Positions 1-20,200 of a stretch of 64,000 nt of DNA are shown here, in pieces. Location of the stretch: the NCBI GenBank assembly GCA_040954595.2, contig CM082592.2, forward strand, positions 10,254,731 to 10,318,730, read 5' to 3'. The notes under the pieces are model-generated. The model did no database searches. It was not told the DNA's origin and saw nothing but the letters and a program-made list of their open reading frames with translations. The stretch comes from Balanoglossus misakiensis. Lineage: Eukaryota > Animalia > Hemichordata. Both the position numbers and the translations under genes were made by a program. Positions within the stretch are counted from its first letter, which is position 1; the number at the start of each line of letters is the position of its first letter.

Positions 1-3000
1 ACGTCAATGAATGGACTTCTACACACACAACACAGTGACACCAATCTAAGCGGACACTGTTTTGTGTAACGAAGGCTGGCTTTTGTACCAGTGAACTCAT
101 AAAACCAGCTCTCAGACAATAAAGGTGCATAAATTGCAGCTGAGAGCTAGCTGTTGGACAAATTGCAAATCTGTCGGTTGAAAACGACAACTCGAATCAA
201 CCAACAGACAAAGTGCAGACAGGCACCTGAAATTCATCACATTTAATAGCATATTTATCCCTGAAAGTGGTACACTGTTCTGTGTCTGACACAAATCAGA
301 GAACAAAATGTTGGTCACACAGGCCTATTTTTACGTTCATGAGGTCAAAGTTGACTGGCCAGAATGCATAGCATACAATAACTCATAAGTCATCATGCTA
401 AGGTTAATTGCCAGGACACATACATGTACCTGTCAGATTTTTCAATGATGGTGCACAGCCCCAGTTGCAAAACAGTTGCCATGTATTACCTACCAGCCTG
501 AGTCTACATCAACTGTTGATGTATCACCATGACCAAATATACTGAACCTGATGGTGCCTATACAACTGCATATCTGAAATACTTCATCTGCCATGATATG
601 ACTGCTTGTGGTTGTTACCAATCACAGCCCAGTACTAACGTTACCGATCAATGTCATTACACAAAAGTATTTTCAGCGATAATGTCAGGCTTAATTTATT
701 AAACGCCAATTAGCCTGGTTGTTGAGGTGAAGAACTGGAAAAACACTTGAACTTGTGCTTCAAAAGCCTGGTTGTTCACTTGCATTAAAGAAAACATGAT
801 ATGTGACTGATGTTGGTGCCTCAGATTAAAACAAGTAAAGAAAATGGTTTCATAATGTTGCTGATGGTGTTTAGAAATCCTAGTGCTGAGGACTACAGGG
901 GTAACTACCCTAGGGTACTACCGGGAACTGGTATGCAATAGAGGTCAGAGGTTAGGTTTGGAAATGCCACAAGGAATATGCAGAAGTTGCTAAACACCAA
1001 ATGGTTTCCTTTGCTATTTTGAAAACATGGTTACTTCGTATTTTCTCTAGAATCCATTTGGCTTCCCATTCTGCTTTCCACAATCATTCACAGAATCTTC
1101 TTACAGTACTACATGGTTGAATATAGTCTACCAAAATACAGATCTCATATTGAAATTATCCAGATTCCATCAAATATGGCTTCAAACCTGGTGTACTGAC
1201 CTACGCAATCCTATAATCCAATACGGGCATGGAAATTCAATTTCACAAACGTAACAGATGCGAAAATTAATTTGCAAGTTAAAATTGGAAGACGGAATAA
1301 AGGAAAGCCGGATTCAATGCAGTGAAGTGGGAACCGACTATTGCAGTTTAATTGGTGCTGAAAAATTCATGCATGTCGCTGCTGATGAAAGCAAATTTCC
1401 AGGTTTTTTATTTTCACAGGCCCTTCAGTATACATGCTGCAAATCTACACACATCATCAGACATGCCACAAAACACTCTGAATGACTTCCAATAAAATTC
1501 AAATCATAAATAATTGATTCACAGCATCATGCAAGACGGTCTTATAAAAGGGATGACAAATACATGCACCTGTGTGTCGGCTGATGAACACAAAGAAAGG
1601 TACTAGATTCCACATGAGTCATTCATTACATACTTTTACATTGACTTGTCTGTGTGTATACTCTAATTGTAGACTCTGCGAGTATATTCTCGTCAATTGG
1701 CTGTCCTTGCCTACAGAATTGCCAGTCTCTATTTTATTTCCAATTACAGTTATGTCCAGTTTGAAGCAATGTCATCAATAAACAGGAAATGTTTCACAAC
1801 CATATGAATAATGGACAGTCCATATCGAGGTCCATCCTCTTAGTGTCCAGACTGAAGATGCTGCTAGTCACTGCTAATAGTGTGAACTTTGACCTACAGT
1901 GAGTGTGCACAGTGCTTTGTGTATAAATCCAAATGTAGGCTACACCCCTCATATGGACCAAAACACTATCAGGTCTAATAGGGTCACTGATCAGAAGACT
2001 TCAATCTTTTATTGACTGTATTTGCTACTATCTTGGGCCATTCATCATCACCATGGTTTTCTCCACCCACATGTCAAAGGTCAAGGAGATGTTATAAATT
2101 ATATTAAATGCTGACTTTAATGATGGTAAAATTCCACCAATGTGTGGTGCAACAAGATCCCTAGTGCCACTGGAAGAATTAATGGTCACTGAAATGCTTT
2201 GAAGGCCATAATTGTACCAAAGCAAAGACTTTAGACAAAAGATACAATGTACATGTATATCCATCACCATCACTCAGTATACAAGATTCTTTTTGTGTAT
2301 TTTTATACATTTTCTATGTGATGAGAATGCGGTATTCTGGCTGCAAGGCAGTTCAAGTAGCCATCAATGCATATTGCTTGATGTTCAGTCCCCCACACCA
2401 AGTTCCATGAATCGTTCTGCTGACCAACTGAACCATAACCATTGTTTTCAATTTCAAGTTTTGATTCTCAGTTCCGACGGTTTGTATTCTAATCCGCCCA
2501 ATCAACAACTGTTGTCGCAGCGTATTATTCCGATTCAAGCAGCCAGAAACATCCTTCGGCAATGTTTTTCTTATATCAATTTTGGTGCATGCCGTTGAGT
2601 AGCAGCTGCCACAGCAGCAGACATCTTGTGTAATTGAGTCATTCACAAATACAAAGCTATCAGCCAACAATGGCTGGGGAAAAATAGAGGAATATTTCGC
2701 CAAGCCATTTGTAAAAGCTATTGTCTGTTGGGTTCAATGGTTTGAGGCAGTTGGATTGGACTCTGGAGAGCTTCCAAAGAGACTAGGGGGAGGGAGAGTT
2801 TCTGGAAGGGGAGGGGATGGAGGGAGAAGCCATCTGGAATACAGTGATGTTATTTCTAGTTTTACTCTGTAGAAAGGTTTCCCTGCAGGCAATTATCAAG
2901 ATATAAATCTTGCCCTTGTGATTGAGTATTCTTGATACTAAGGCTCATTAATGAAGCCATATTTAATTGCTATTAAAGTCTACAATGAACAAGTAACCCA

Positions 3001-6000
3001 ATGTCTAATTTTCCAAAGCTGTGTGTGCATTTAGGGAGAGAGGACTGACTCTTGTTGTGTAGAATCTGAGTATGATCCACGCATACAGGTCACTAAAACA
3101 TGTTTTGTAGAATTCATTATAGGGTAGGCAGTCCTGGGTCATGTGATGTCTTTATCAAGTTATTGAATTTGACAGACTCCCCAGTGCATAGGTGACAGAC
3201 TTTCCCCAAGGCTAATGTAGCAGTTAGACTTAGATTTATTGACTGGCATCTATGGTATTCTTTTACAATAGGCCCAATGAAAGTATAGTATAGTCCCGCA
3301 GACCTGCACACAAGGTGACTAAAGTTGAATTGCAATAAGCAAACACAGACGGTCCACGGTTGATAGTATAGAGTGTACTGTGAATTCATAGCATGTGTAT
3401 CAATTGTTTGCAGGTCTGCTGTTGTAACTAGGAGATCTATAGAAAAGGATCTGTACTGTTCTAATAAAAGTATCATATGTTCCATTCATATTGCAACTCA
3501 TGACATAATTGTCAAACCTCATCTCGGTCTATCATTTTGGCATGTACATGTACTCTAGTCTCATCGTTAATTTGTTTCATAATTCAACTGACAATCATTT
3601 CTGATATTCACAGTTTGATTGTGACTTGTATACTACCTCATGAAGGCACAGTATACACTGAGATAATTATCAGTTTTCACAATGCGAATAGCAAACTTGG
3701 CAGTTGGCCAGTGGAACTAACCATTACTTGACAATGATACACGCAGAACTGCAGGTGACTTGACTGCAATTTGTCTTACATTATGCAATTACTCTATGTG
3801 AAGTCCAGTTTCAAAGCTTCAATCATAACCTTTCTAGCAACAAAAAGGAAAATACTTTTGAATACATGCATTTGTACCATAGCAATCCCAGGTATTATCA
3901 TGCAATACTCATAGTTTGTTGAACTTGTTTGTTAAAGGTCTGTCATAATGGTGGGCCTCTGACTAAAACAGGACAAAAACACACATTGTGTGCTTGTTTT
4001 TCATCACATGTAAATTCCTGTTAACAAGCAAACACAATATGCATGCCGCCCGGGCCAGCTTCTACAGATGCTACACTGACTCTGTTGTTCCCATCTACCG
4101 CAGTATGTGCAAACTTCCATGAAGCCATATTGGTGAATAAGTTTTCACCATTAAAGGCAGACATAGTTGATTTGTACTGGCATATTTGATACACTGCTGG
4201 TGTTAAACTGGCTTTTGCTGCAGGGAAACCTACATTTCTTCAGGTCACATCAATAAACTGAAGGGAAAAAATGAATCCAGGAGATATTAGTAAACATTCA
4301 ACTCCACCAGTTCATAGTGTCAGCCTGCTAGTGGCTTGTATACAGAACAAAAATGTGAAGTATGCAAACACCAGTCAAAGCATAGACAGTATGGTCAAAG
4401 CAACCACTGTGGGTATGACTTTGCATCAAAGCTGTTAGAAAGTTTCAGATTGCCAGTTCAGATTTCTAAAATTTATCATGAAAAAAAATTATTGTTTACA
4501 TTTGTGACAAAGAGCACTTTTTGTTTGAACCTCTGGCCAAATTGGATGTTACTTTCAACTAGATTTTCCATCATTATTGTTTTTCTTCCAAACCATCTGG
4601 AATTGTACATTGATACTTTCCTGTCAAATGTGATTCGGTAACTAATGCTGAACTTTTACGCTTGGCTGAACTCTGTTCATTTGGAGATGGCATGGCTTTT
4701 TGTGGCAAATTAAACAGAGCAATATTTACCGCGATACATTTACAAGTTACTGTCTGGTATAAGGGACAAGTTTCTTCAACAAATGAATGTGTATAACAAA
4801 TGCTTGTGCAAGATGTATATGTTGAAGTGTAATCTTATGAGAAGAGACAAATTTGAGTCTGGTTATATGCAGCAAAAAAACCCAAAAATAAACTTAAAAG
4901 TTAGAAACATTACTGATACTTCACGTTCACATGGTATTATGAAGGCATCAGTCACCTGTTTGTTTTACAAATGCCAAATAAACAAATATAAATTAAATTG
5001 GTTGAGGGCACACATAAACCTGTGTAAGGTTTGACATGTGATCACTACAATGACCCGGTCACCAACTCCACATCATAAATTATAATTACCTTCCTGGGAT
5101 GACAGAGGGCAAATGGTCTTGTCAACAGACACAAAACCTCATATTTCACATAATTATGTCTGTGACTGATAAAGTATTTCAAACGATATATGAAATTTCA
5201 ATCTGTAATGCACTACACTATGCCTTTTTTTATTTTTCTCCACATCTTTTTGTTATTATAGTTGGCAGACTTCATGATATGCCATATGCAATATAGGTTG
5301 ATGTCACATATTTTACAATGCTTGAATACACAGCTCTAATACAGTGAGTTGCTGGTGCGTGATGTTTATATTCCATAACTGAACCACTGGCCTGTAATGT
5401 GTTCTGATATCTCATTATTGACCACGCCCCCTTCAAAATTTTGTTGGTCACAGACTACACAATTGTCTTTGGATAGGGTAATCTCCCCATCATAAGCTTA
5501 AAATCCCGGCTACTTTTCCTTTCCTAACCGATTGCATTTTCTCTCTCTGTCATCCCTTCCCTTGCCAACACTTGGCTCCCCCTGGATTCCACCTTTAAGA
5601 AATTCTGCGGCTCTTTTTGAGTTCAGCTACACCAGAAGTTGTCCTGGTGGGATTTCGAGCTACATGCCGCGATTTCTCTGTACCGTGTGAGGCCTGGTCA
5701 GGCTGTGTTTGGATTCAAGAAACAGTGAAGTCAGAAGTATGCAACTAATTAATTCTGATTACCGTTGTATGTTTTGTTTATAATTGGATATCACAGCACC
5801 GTATGACCCGTTAACGGGTCGGACAATGACGTGACTCCCGTGCATTTTTCTTCCCCTTTCGCAGTCTAATTTGCCTTCAGAATATTTCTTGACTTGTGAA
5901 AAAAAAAGCGCTTGAAAAGAATCCGTTGTTCTCAGGCTAACATTCCTATTACCATTCCGCAATTATTTTTAAGCCGCTAACAGTGGTGATTATCGAGGAT

Positions 6001-6812
6001 TACTGAGCTACGAGCTGGGTTTTATCATCGCGGTCTCCGAAGTGCCGGGATTTGTGATATTTGAGCGACTTGCTAGAAGCAAAGACAAGGCCATCGTTGA
6101 AACAGTATCCTGAAAATGTGCTTTGGACCAACCCCTCTGTACATGCAGCGAAAGTGACACCCGATCGGCATGTGCAAAAAACCGCGACGAAAAGTTCGCT
6201 GGCAATGTTGTCGTCCTGGTCGTAACACTAACAGTAGTCGGTCGACTGATTTATATCTGTGCCACATACTGATACAAACGATCAATATCAGAAATCACGC
6301 GTCGGTCATTCAAAGGGAGATCGGAACTGCAACAGTGTAAGTACACTCCCATAATCGAATGAAATAAACATCACATTTGTCTGTTTCATCAAGAGCCGCA
6401 TCCTGGCGCGCGGCGGCGTCTCCGGGGCAAGAAGAAAAAATACTGTTAGAGACTCAGTCCACAAAATGACTGCAACAGTGCAAGAAACTCCTGAAAATGA
6501 AATATTTGAAATCACGAAGAGTTGATTCGAGATATTTTAATTATTGCCACGTACAACTGACTATGTGGCGATCGTTTTAATTTTGACTGAAACTGCGCAT
6601 TCTTAACGACGGAACATTTGACAGGTTCGCATAAGCAATCGCTGCATTTTGCGGCTGGGAAAACGCTATCATTTTACTTTCATATGAACACGGTTGTAGG
6701 GTTTCAAAGCGCAAGACATGATAATATCTGACTCGAACAGAAACCGCTGCCTGTTGTCTTATACTTATACATAGTCTACCTCCTTGGCGTCTAGGCTCCA
6801 GGCGAAACTTAC

Positions 6813-7124
6813 CTTTCTTTGCCTATCGTCGTACGGAACAGCGAGCCATGGCATCTCCGCAAAATACTCCTCAAATGAAGTAGAATCCCTGTCAGAGCTC
6901 ACAAATACAATTTCTAACTTATCACCCTTGTCCGATTTCTTGAAATTGTTATAGAACTCGGCCAGCTTTGGTGTGAATCCCCGACAAGGTGGACACCAGT
7001 GCGCCGAGAAGTAGAGACCGATCACCTTGCCTTCTGCGGCTAGCGTACTCGGATCGACCGCCTCATTCGCCTTGTTAATCAGTTTACTTCCCAGCAACGT
7101 GGACAGATAGTTTTCCATGGCCAT
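6813..7124 (-). CDS. NXN: Nucleoredoxin-type thioredoxin-fold protein, first coding exon only (104 codons); rest of gene not found in window
   Basis: MAMENYLSTLLG...GKVIGLYFSAHWCPPCRGFTPKLAEFY...LEIVFVSSDRD...FAEMPWLAVPY is the nucleoredoxin/tryparedoxin signature. ATG at 7124; AAG|GTAAG donor at 6812, phase 0. NXN versus an NXN-like paralogue cannot be settled from one exon. Confidence 0.75.
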
Positions 7125-7225
7125 ATAATCCAGACGAGCGGCACAAATTAAAAATCGTCGAGATCCTCGCCCAGACGATAGGTTGAAGCATGCAGGTCTA
7201 GTTGTAAAATATCTCTGCACGATAG

Positions 7226-7278
7226 TGACGTCATGGGTCAACAGTGGAGTGACCTGAAATGTACTTTATTATGCAAAT
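7226..7278. promoter_or_regulatory. Candidate proximal promoter elements upstream of the nucleoredoxin exon
   Basis: CRE palindrome TGACGTCA at 7226-7233 and octamer ATGCAAAT at 7271-7278, 100-150 bp upstream of the ATG in CpG-rich sequence. Motif match only. Confidence 0.35.
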
Positions 7279-7544
7279 ATTTAAGTAGCTAAACAATGGA
7301 GTGTCAGACGGCCAAATGGGGGAGCTATAGTATCTTACGTAATCATTTCCAGTTTTCACATAGGGGCCCCGAGAGCTCGATTTGGACATTTTTACAGTAT
7401 AATAACTGGCCAGACATCCCTGAGAAGTGCAAATTCCAGCAGGAGAACATCCTGGCTAGGTATTCGCATGGATATACGATCAAATTTCGGAAGTATTTGG
7501 CAATAATAAAGGAGTGCCTTAAAAGAATCAAGTCCCATTTGTTC

Positions 7545-7583
7545 AATAAATAAATAAATAAATTAAATAAATAAATAAATTAA
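7545..7583. repeat. (TAAA)n microsatellite
   Basis: aataaataaataaataaattaaataaataaataaattaa read directly. Confidence 0.9.
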
Positions 7584-8329
7584 TACAAACTAATAAAATG
7601 CATGGCCCAAGCTAACAACTACGCACAAAAACAGTCTTGATGAAACTAAAGGGCGGTCTGAAGGTATAAGGTCACCTCTAATTTACATGTCTACGTATGG
7701 TCAAAAGGGCATGTTTAAGTCTTCGAATGACCATGTGGTGGCGCACTTTTTTGCAGGTGCCAGCCACTGAAAATCTGTGATTGGCTATATTTAGTAACTT
7801 ATTTTAAAGTTACTTAGGCCTTAACCACCGTAAAAATCAAAATATTCTCACACACAGATGACACACTAATGATAAATTCTTCGACTGTTTAATAATCTGT
7901 CAACAACTGCATTATAAAATGCAATAAAGTTTCCATATAAATATGCTACATTGCATTACATTACATTAAATACATTATTGTACAGAACCGGCAGAAGTTG
8001 TACACACTGCATTGTTTTCTCTGTCTACAATTGAAATGTAATATTTCTATACACACGGTAGTCATCAACAATTCAGGGAATGAAGAATAACACTGAGACC
8101 ACGTTACCTTAATGATATACAAATCTATAAGAGACAAGACTACAGATACACTCTTTTCCAATCAATGATTCAGGGATCTGATTACATGTACTTTTATTTT
8201 ATGTCATTTGAAAACAGAAGCTATCTATGGAGGACAGGACATCTACCCTTCCTTGATTGGCCTTGCCAAACCAAGATGAAATAAAGACAAACATTCTCAT
8301 TATTCAGAGTCACTGAAGTCGAATTTTGA

Positions 8330-13848
<5,519 letters not shown>

Positions 13849-14215
13849 TTTGCTTCGCAAAGGCTCTTGGGTGCAGACGCGTTACATTTGCGGAGGATTA
13901 TTATCACTCCAAAATTTTAAGACATTGCTCATATAATCATTTAGACAACGTTTTAGAGGTAAATAAAAATGTAAATGCCCTTTCAGAAATATAGAATCGA
14001 TATGACCATTGGTAAAGATAAAAATTTAGACAGTGAATTTTGGAACTAATTTGTTTATTGCGCTTAACTAAATTGTTTATCGTAGGTGTTGCAGGGCAAC
14101 TGCATATGGTTGGGAAACACGGTGATCGTAAAACGTGTGAACTGGAGAACGGCGATCGCCGATCATTACCTCGTATGTTATGACTTATACGAGACGGTGA
14201 CTGTCATAAGTAATC
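13849..14215. promoter_or_regulatory. Probable bidirectional promoter, VPS53/DHX37
   Basis: Divergent start codons separated by 367 bp, with CpG-rich ends. A YY1-type motif (CAAAATGGCTGC on minus, 13841-13852) overlaps the VPS53 ATG. Confidence 0.7.
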
Positions 14216-17200
14216 ATGGGGAAGTCAAAAAGAAAATTTAATTGGAAGGCGCGTAAGATCGTGGAGCCCAGCACAGAAAAGAAGTTGGATATCCCGGAAG
14301 TAAACCTGGAGCAGCCCATAGGTAGTGGTATTGACAGTAGCAATGCATTGGTTCTTCCCTCCAGGAAAGATAAGAAAGACGCCAAAATAGATGAAGTGAA
14401 GATAGTGAGAAGATTGAGTAAGAAGAAGAGGAAACAGCTTCAAAAAGTGGTCGAGCGGAAAAAGAAAAAAGATGAGGTATGGAGTGACTTTACAATTAAA
14501 ATTCTAAAGAATCATGAACAAAGTGAGAAACTGATGATGAGAAAGATCACAAGAACTGTAGATAGATCAAAGAACAAACGATTAACAAAGAATAGTATAT
14601 ACAATTTTGTTTTGCTGTTTTTGTTTACAGAGAGCTTCTTTGCTGGCTGCCTTGCAAGAAGTTCAAGCATCCAAAGAGGAGATGTCATTGTTTTCCTCAA
14701 CTGCAAAGATCGGACAGCATGTTAAGTCAAATAAGCGGTAATGTTTGCATCACAGTTCAATAATGAAATTTTGTTATGTATATTATGTACCTGTACTGCA
14801 CAGATGCAAAGTTGCTTGAATTAATCTTGAGTCAGTAGGTTGGCAGGTCAAGATATGTTACCCTTATACTATGCCTTCATGTCCCCATTCAGGCCGTGTG
14901 ATTCTGAAGGAGAAGTCAAGATCAGCAGCATCAGTGGAAGCAACAAAAAGAAGAAGATGCAAGATGAAAGAGACGAGTGTCAAGTGAGCGACATTGATAC
15001 CAGTGATATGTCAACAGACGATGAAGACTTGGAAGATAGCACTGAAGAAAGAGAAGAAGAAAAATATAAAACTACAGAGGAAGAAAGTACAAGTGAGGAA
15101 AACAAGTCGCAGATATCACATTCATCAGGTTTAGTTGCAGAGAAGAACAGTGAGACCATAGAAAGCAAAGCAACTGAAGAAACGCAGAATCTCGAAGACA
15201 CTAAGGGTAATCAAGCAGATCCATTGGATAAAGAACCAGCTGTGTTTGTACCTGTTGATAGGATTCCAGAAGTACAGGTAATGGCATTGTGTGTTATGAA
15301 GTGAGAAGCATTAGTAGGTTAGTAGTTTTCTCACAGTTGAAACTAAATTTCTGGTGGTTTTTTATCTTTATGTTGACTTTAGGAAGCCAGGTTAGCTTTG
15401 CCAATCCTTGCAGAAGAGCAGTCGGTGATGGAGCACATCAAAGATCATCCGGTGGTTATTATTTGTGGTGAGACTGGTAGTGGCAAGACAACACAAGTTC
15501 CACAGTTCCTCTATGAAGCTGGATACGCCAAGTAAGCATAAAAGTCTTCTAAAATGAAAAGGATCTAGGTTTGACTAACTTATTACTGGTAAAAGCTGGA
15601 GTTTCTTGTAAAGTCAGCAAAACACTTGTCAGCGTTTTCTGTTTCAACACCTATGTCGTGATTGCTTGAATGTTTCTGGTACATTTTACAGGAAAGGTCT
15701 GATAGGCGTCACAGAACCGCGTCGTGTTGCTGCAACTAGCATGTCAAAACGTGTGGCATATGAATTAAATCTCAATACAAGGTGAGTTGATCAGCCCAAA
15801 GTACTAGTTTCATACAAAAACCAAGAAACATTTCAAGAACTTGAAAACTGGAAATTCAAATAAAAAATACTTGCCTGATGTTTTTATTTATTTGCAGGAG
15901 AGTGTCATATCAAATACGATATGAAGGTAATGTGAGTGAAGATACAGAGATTAAATTTGTCACAGATGGTGTACTCCTCAAAGAAATTCAGAAAGTGAGT
16001 AAATATATGCACATGTTGGTGTGGCTAACCACATGTGGCAAACTACATTACTTACAGTAATGTCACAAGTAATGACAGGAAGGTTGTCCAAATTACAGCT
16101 ATTGATATCTTCATCTAACTAATAAATGTTTATATTCAATCTTCATTTAAGGATTTCTTGCTGTCAGGTTATTCTGTGATTATTATTGATGAAGCCCATG
16201 AAAGGAGTGTATATACAGACATATTGTTGGGCCTTCTGTCAAGAATTGTTCCTCTCAGGAACAAAGTAAGTCAATATTCACATCTGTAAATTAATTTATT
16301 CATGTGACTGCATATTTGAATTGTGCAATCAAGATGCTCATTCCAATAAAGCATTGATAGCACATTCGTTCTTTGCATTTGGTCTTCATTAGAAAGGGAA
16401 TCCATTGAAATTAATCATCATGTCAGCGACACTTCGTGTTGAAGATTTTACTCAAAATGAGCGATTGTTCAAAACGCAACCACCGGTGCTTAAAGTGGAT
16501 TCCAGACAATATCCGGTCACTGTACATTTCAATAAACGAACTCCAGTGGATGAATACATGAATGAAGCATACAAAAAGGTAAGCATGCATTTTTCACTTT
16601 GTCTATTTTATGGCGAAGACAAGATTGATCGACACAATGAAGTTGATAATCTCCTATCATCTCTTTTATGTAATAATATAATTTTCCATTTTAGGTTCTC
16701 AAAATCCACTGCACACTGCCAGCTGGAGGCATACTAGTCTTTGTGACAGGACAAAATGAAGTCAACTCACTGTGCAGAAAACTCAGAGCAGCTACAAAAC
16801 CAAAGAAGCTTACCAGCCAATCACAAGGTATGTGTCATATAGGAACTGAAACCTACCAATCACAAACCATATAAGAACCCATGAGATGCATATTATAAGA
16901 CTCTAACCTATCTATGGTGGCATACATGTACACATATAGTTCATTGTGAGGCACATACACATACATGTAATTTTGTTATCAGCAGATGCCGAAGATTCAG
17001 AAGAGGAAAGAAAATCATTCAAAAGAAACAAATCGTTGAAGTTACCCAAAGTGCAGCTAGACAGGTAATGATGATATTTCTAGTTTGAAATTTAAACTAA
17101 ACTAAATTTTCATTTGGATGGTGACAAATGTCATTTTTGGTGTTTATTATTTTAAAAACATTTTACAGTTATTCAACAAACCCTTATGAAGAGGAAGAGG

Positions 17201-20200
17201 TTGATGGAGAAAAGCCTGAGGATGATGATGTCATGGATGACATCCAATCAGAACATGGCATACAAGTGGAGTCTTCAGACGATGAAATGGTAAGACAAAT
17301 ATTCCTTGTAAAAATCTGTTTGCTCAAACGAATATTTAGATTTGCTGTAAAAACATCCAATGATGACATACATGTAATTCTATTTCTTTTACCTTTTTTC
17401 AGGATGAGCTGGTAGCTTCAGAGAATGATGATATTCCACTCTATGTATTACCACTGTATTCGTTGCTTGCCCCTGTAAAGCAAGCCAAAGTAAGTACAAA
17501 GTGTCTAAAATATATTGTCAGTGTGTCCAGGCAATCATCAAGTGTATACACCTCATATACAGTCATTACAAGAAAGTTATTTCAATTCCAATACATAGAG
17601 ACTAGTCACAGATCTGTACAGTAGATGGAGCAGATACTCATTTCATGAGAAATTTGTGTTTGTTTGATTGACTAGGTTTTCCAGCAAGCCCCAGAAGGCA
17701 CCCGTCTGTGTGTAGTAGCTACCAATGTGGCGGAGACGTCGCTTACAATACCTGGTATCAAATATGTTGTTGATACAGGCAAGGCAAGTACTCACTCTTC
17801 CTATCACAGGCAGCTTGTATTGGTGTCACTGTTTACATCTCTGTGTTGGTAGGAAAGCATGTAAAGAGTCTCTAATCAAAAAGGATGAATTTGATTAATT
17901 AATTTACAGGTTAAGAGGAGATATTATGACAAAGTCACAGGGGTATCTGCATTTAGGATCACCTGGACTTCACAAGCATCGGCCAATCAGAGAGCAGGAC
18001 GTGCTGGACGTACTGAAGCTGGTCATTGTTACAGGTAATCACTGACAGTTTGATTATCATCAGCATCATCGTTGTCAGAAATACCAGCTGTAAAAAATAA
18101 TGCAGTATGATTACTCATGCCTGTATGCATCTTTTTTTTTCATCTGAAAGGTTGTATTCATCAGCGGTGTTTTCCAATGACTTTGAGAAGTTCTCACCTC
18201 CTGAAATTACCCGAAGACCTGTTGATGATCTCATCTTACAAATGAAGGTAGAGTCTTTTTGACAAATTTTGTCTTTCTGCGAATGAAAGAGCTTCAGTCA
18301 CATGATGGTTTGTACTGCAAGGTCCCTTAAAAGTGACAATGTCAAACTAAAAGTTGACCTACGATCAGACCATCTTTTTCTATCTTCTCCATTACAGGAC
18401 ATGAATATTGACAAAGTTATCAATTTCCCATTTCCAACTCCTCCTGAAATTGAAACAATGAAGGTGAGTTTAAGTTTTAACTTTAGGAGAGGATACCAGT
18501 CATTTTCATTTCAGAGAGTCAGTTTTGAGATTCAAATTTATGTTTTTTTTCTTCATAATATAGGCTGCGGAGAGACTCTTGGTCTCACTTGGTGCATTAC
18601 AGTCACCACCAAGAAGGGGTCGACTCAAAGACATACAAAAAGGTATGTTGATGCTATTGTGCTGTTCCCTTTGGCAAAATGTATTTTAGGAAGCGATGTT
18701 TTTAATAAAGGTACATAATTTTCTCAATTTTTCAGCTGAATTTACTACAAGTATCACACCACTAGGAAGAGCTATGGCTTGTTTTCCAGTGGCGCCAAGA
18801 TATGCAAAAATGTTAGCATTGGCTAAACAACAAGATTGTTTGCAGTATGTCATAGCCATTGTATCAGCATTAACTGTGCAGGTGAGTAAATTAATGATTT
18901 AGAAATCCAAAACCAGGTCTTGTAGTGCCCCCTACATGAAAATGGCCAATTCTGCTTTGTATCTACATAACACATCAGTGGCTAGAATCTATCATTTGAT
19001 TTCAGGGTAAAATGACTGAGTTATTTCTTGTGTTTCTTCTCCGCAGGATGTTTTTGAAGAGTACAGTCAAGCAGCTGGCAGTCAGGGTGATGTATGTTGA
19101 TTGAAAATTACCGCAATACAGCTGAACTTGCTACTTGAGATACTTTTTAGTTGGTTAGCGATGTTTTAAGATATCTCAGTTCAGTTTAATCTGTGTCAGA
19201 ATAATGTTAATTTTTCTTTGAACTTTGACCCTAGAAAGAGGAGCGGAGAAAACTTCAAGCAAGAATATCACACTACAAGAGAATGTGGGCGGGACAGGTA
19301 AGATTGGAAGACTTTCAGTGTCTTGGAAGTTGCCCTGAATGTCTATGCCTTGATTGTCTTGTCTTCAGATTCCTGCATCTATTTTAAATGATTTTACTTA
19401 CTATTTGTCAATTTGTCAGGGAGAGTCCAAGTTGCTAGGGGATCTGATTGTGTTGCTAAGCGCTGTAGGTGCCAGTGAGTATGGTGGCATGACACCATCT
19501 TTTTGTGGCTCACATGGTATGAGATACAAAGCTATGGTTGAAATTCGCCGACTCAGAAGACAACTTACAAATGCAGTGAATGCTGTGGATTCGGATTGTG
19601 GTTTGTTTGTTGATGCAAACATGAAACCGCCGTCATTACTCCAGGTAAATATTTTTTGTTGTACCACATTGCCAAAAAGGTTGAAAATATGTCTCTTCTT
19701 GAAGATAATTGTAATATCTTTGTGATGAAATAGAAAAATACACACATGCTATGATGATTTTTTTCAGATCAAGTTACTACGAGAGATTGCTTTAGCTGGA
19801 ATGGGAGATCGTGTGGCCAGGTGTGTACAATTTGGCAAATCAATGTTGTTTTTTTCACTTTGTTTTTTCTTTGATTTTGTGATACGAGACCAGGATGTGT
19901 CTAACAAGTGTATCCTTGTTCATCACAAAAGATTTCTTCTGGTTTTGCAGGAAATTATCCTCTGATGAACAGACGAAGGACACAAGGTGTGCTTACAAGG
20001 TGTGGTCAAGTTTCTTGTTAGATGCAGTAGTTTCTAAATTTGGGCAGCATCATAAATCTAACCTTTAAATAGAAATTTCCCATCATGCTTTGTACCAGAC
20101 ATATGCCATCTCAATCTGACCTTTGAGTGACCTTGTTCCATGTTGTTGCACACACACCATACAGGCTGAAGGTCTTGAAGATCTTGTGTACGTCCATCCC

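Noticed and set aside
112-6515. Many 60-130 aa ORFs in the first 6.5 kb
   Set aside because: No recognisable domains or consistent splice structure; composition fits intronic DNA.
7296-7583. Possible LINE 3' fragment (LLRHSFIIAKYF on minus, adjacent TAAA repeat)
   Set aside because: Similarity is only impressionistic, and the TAAA tract lies on the wrong side for that orientation.
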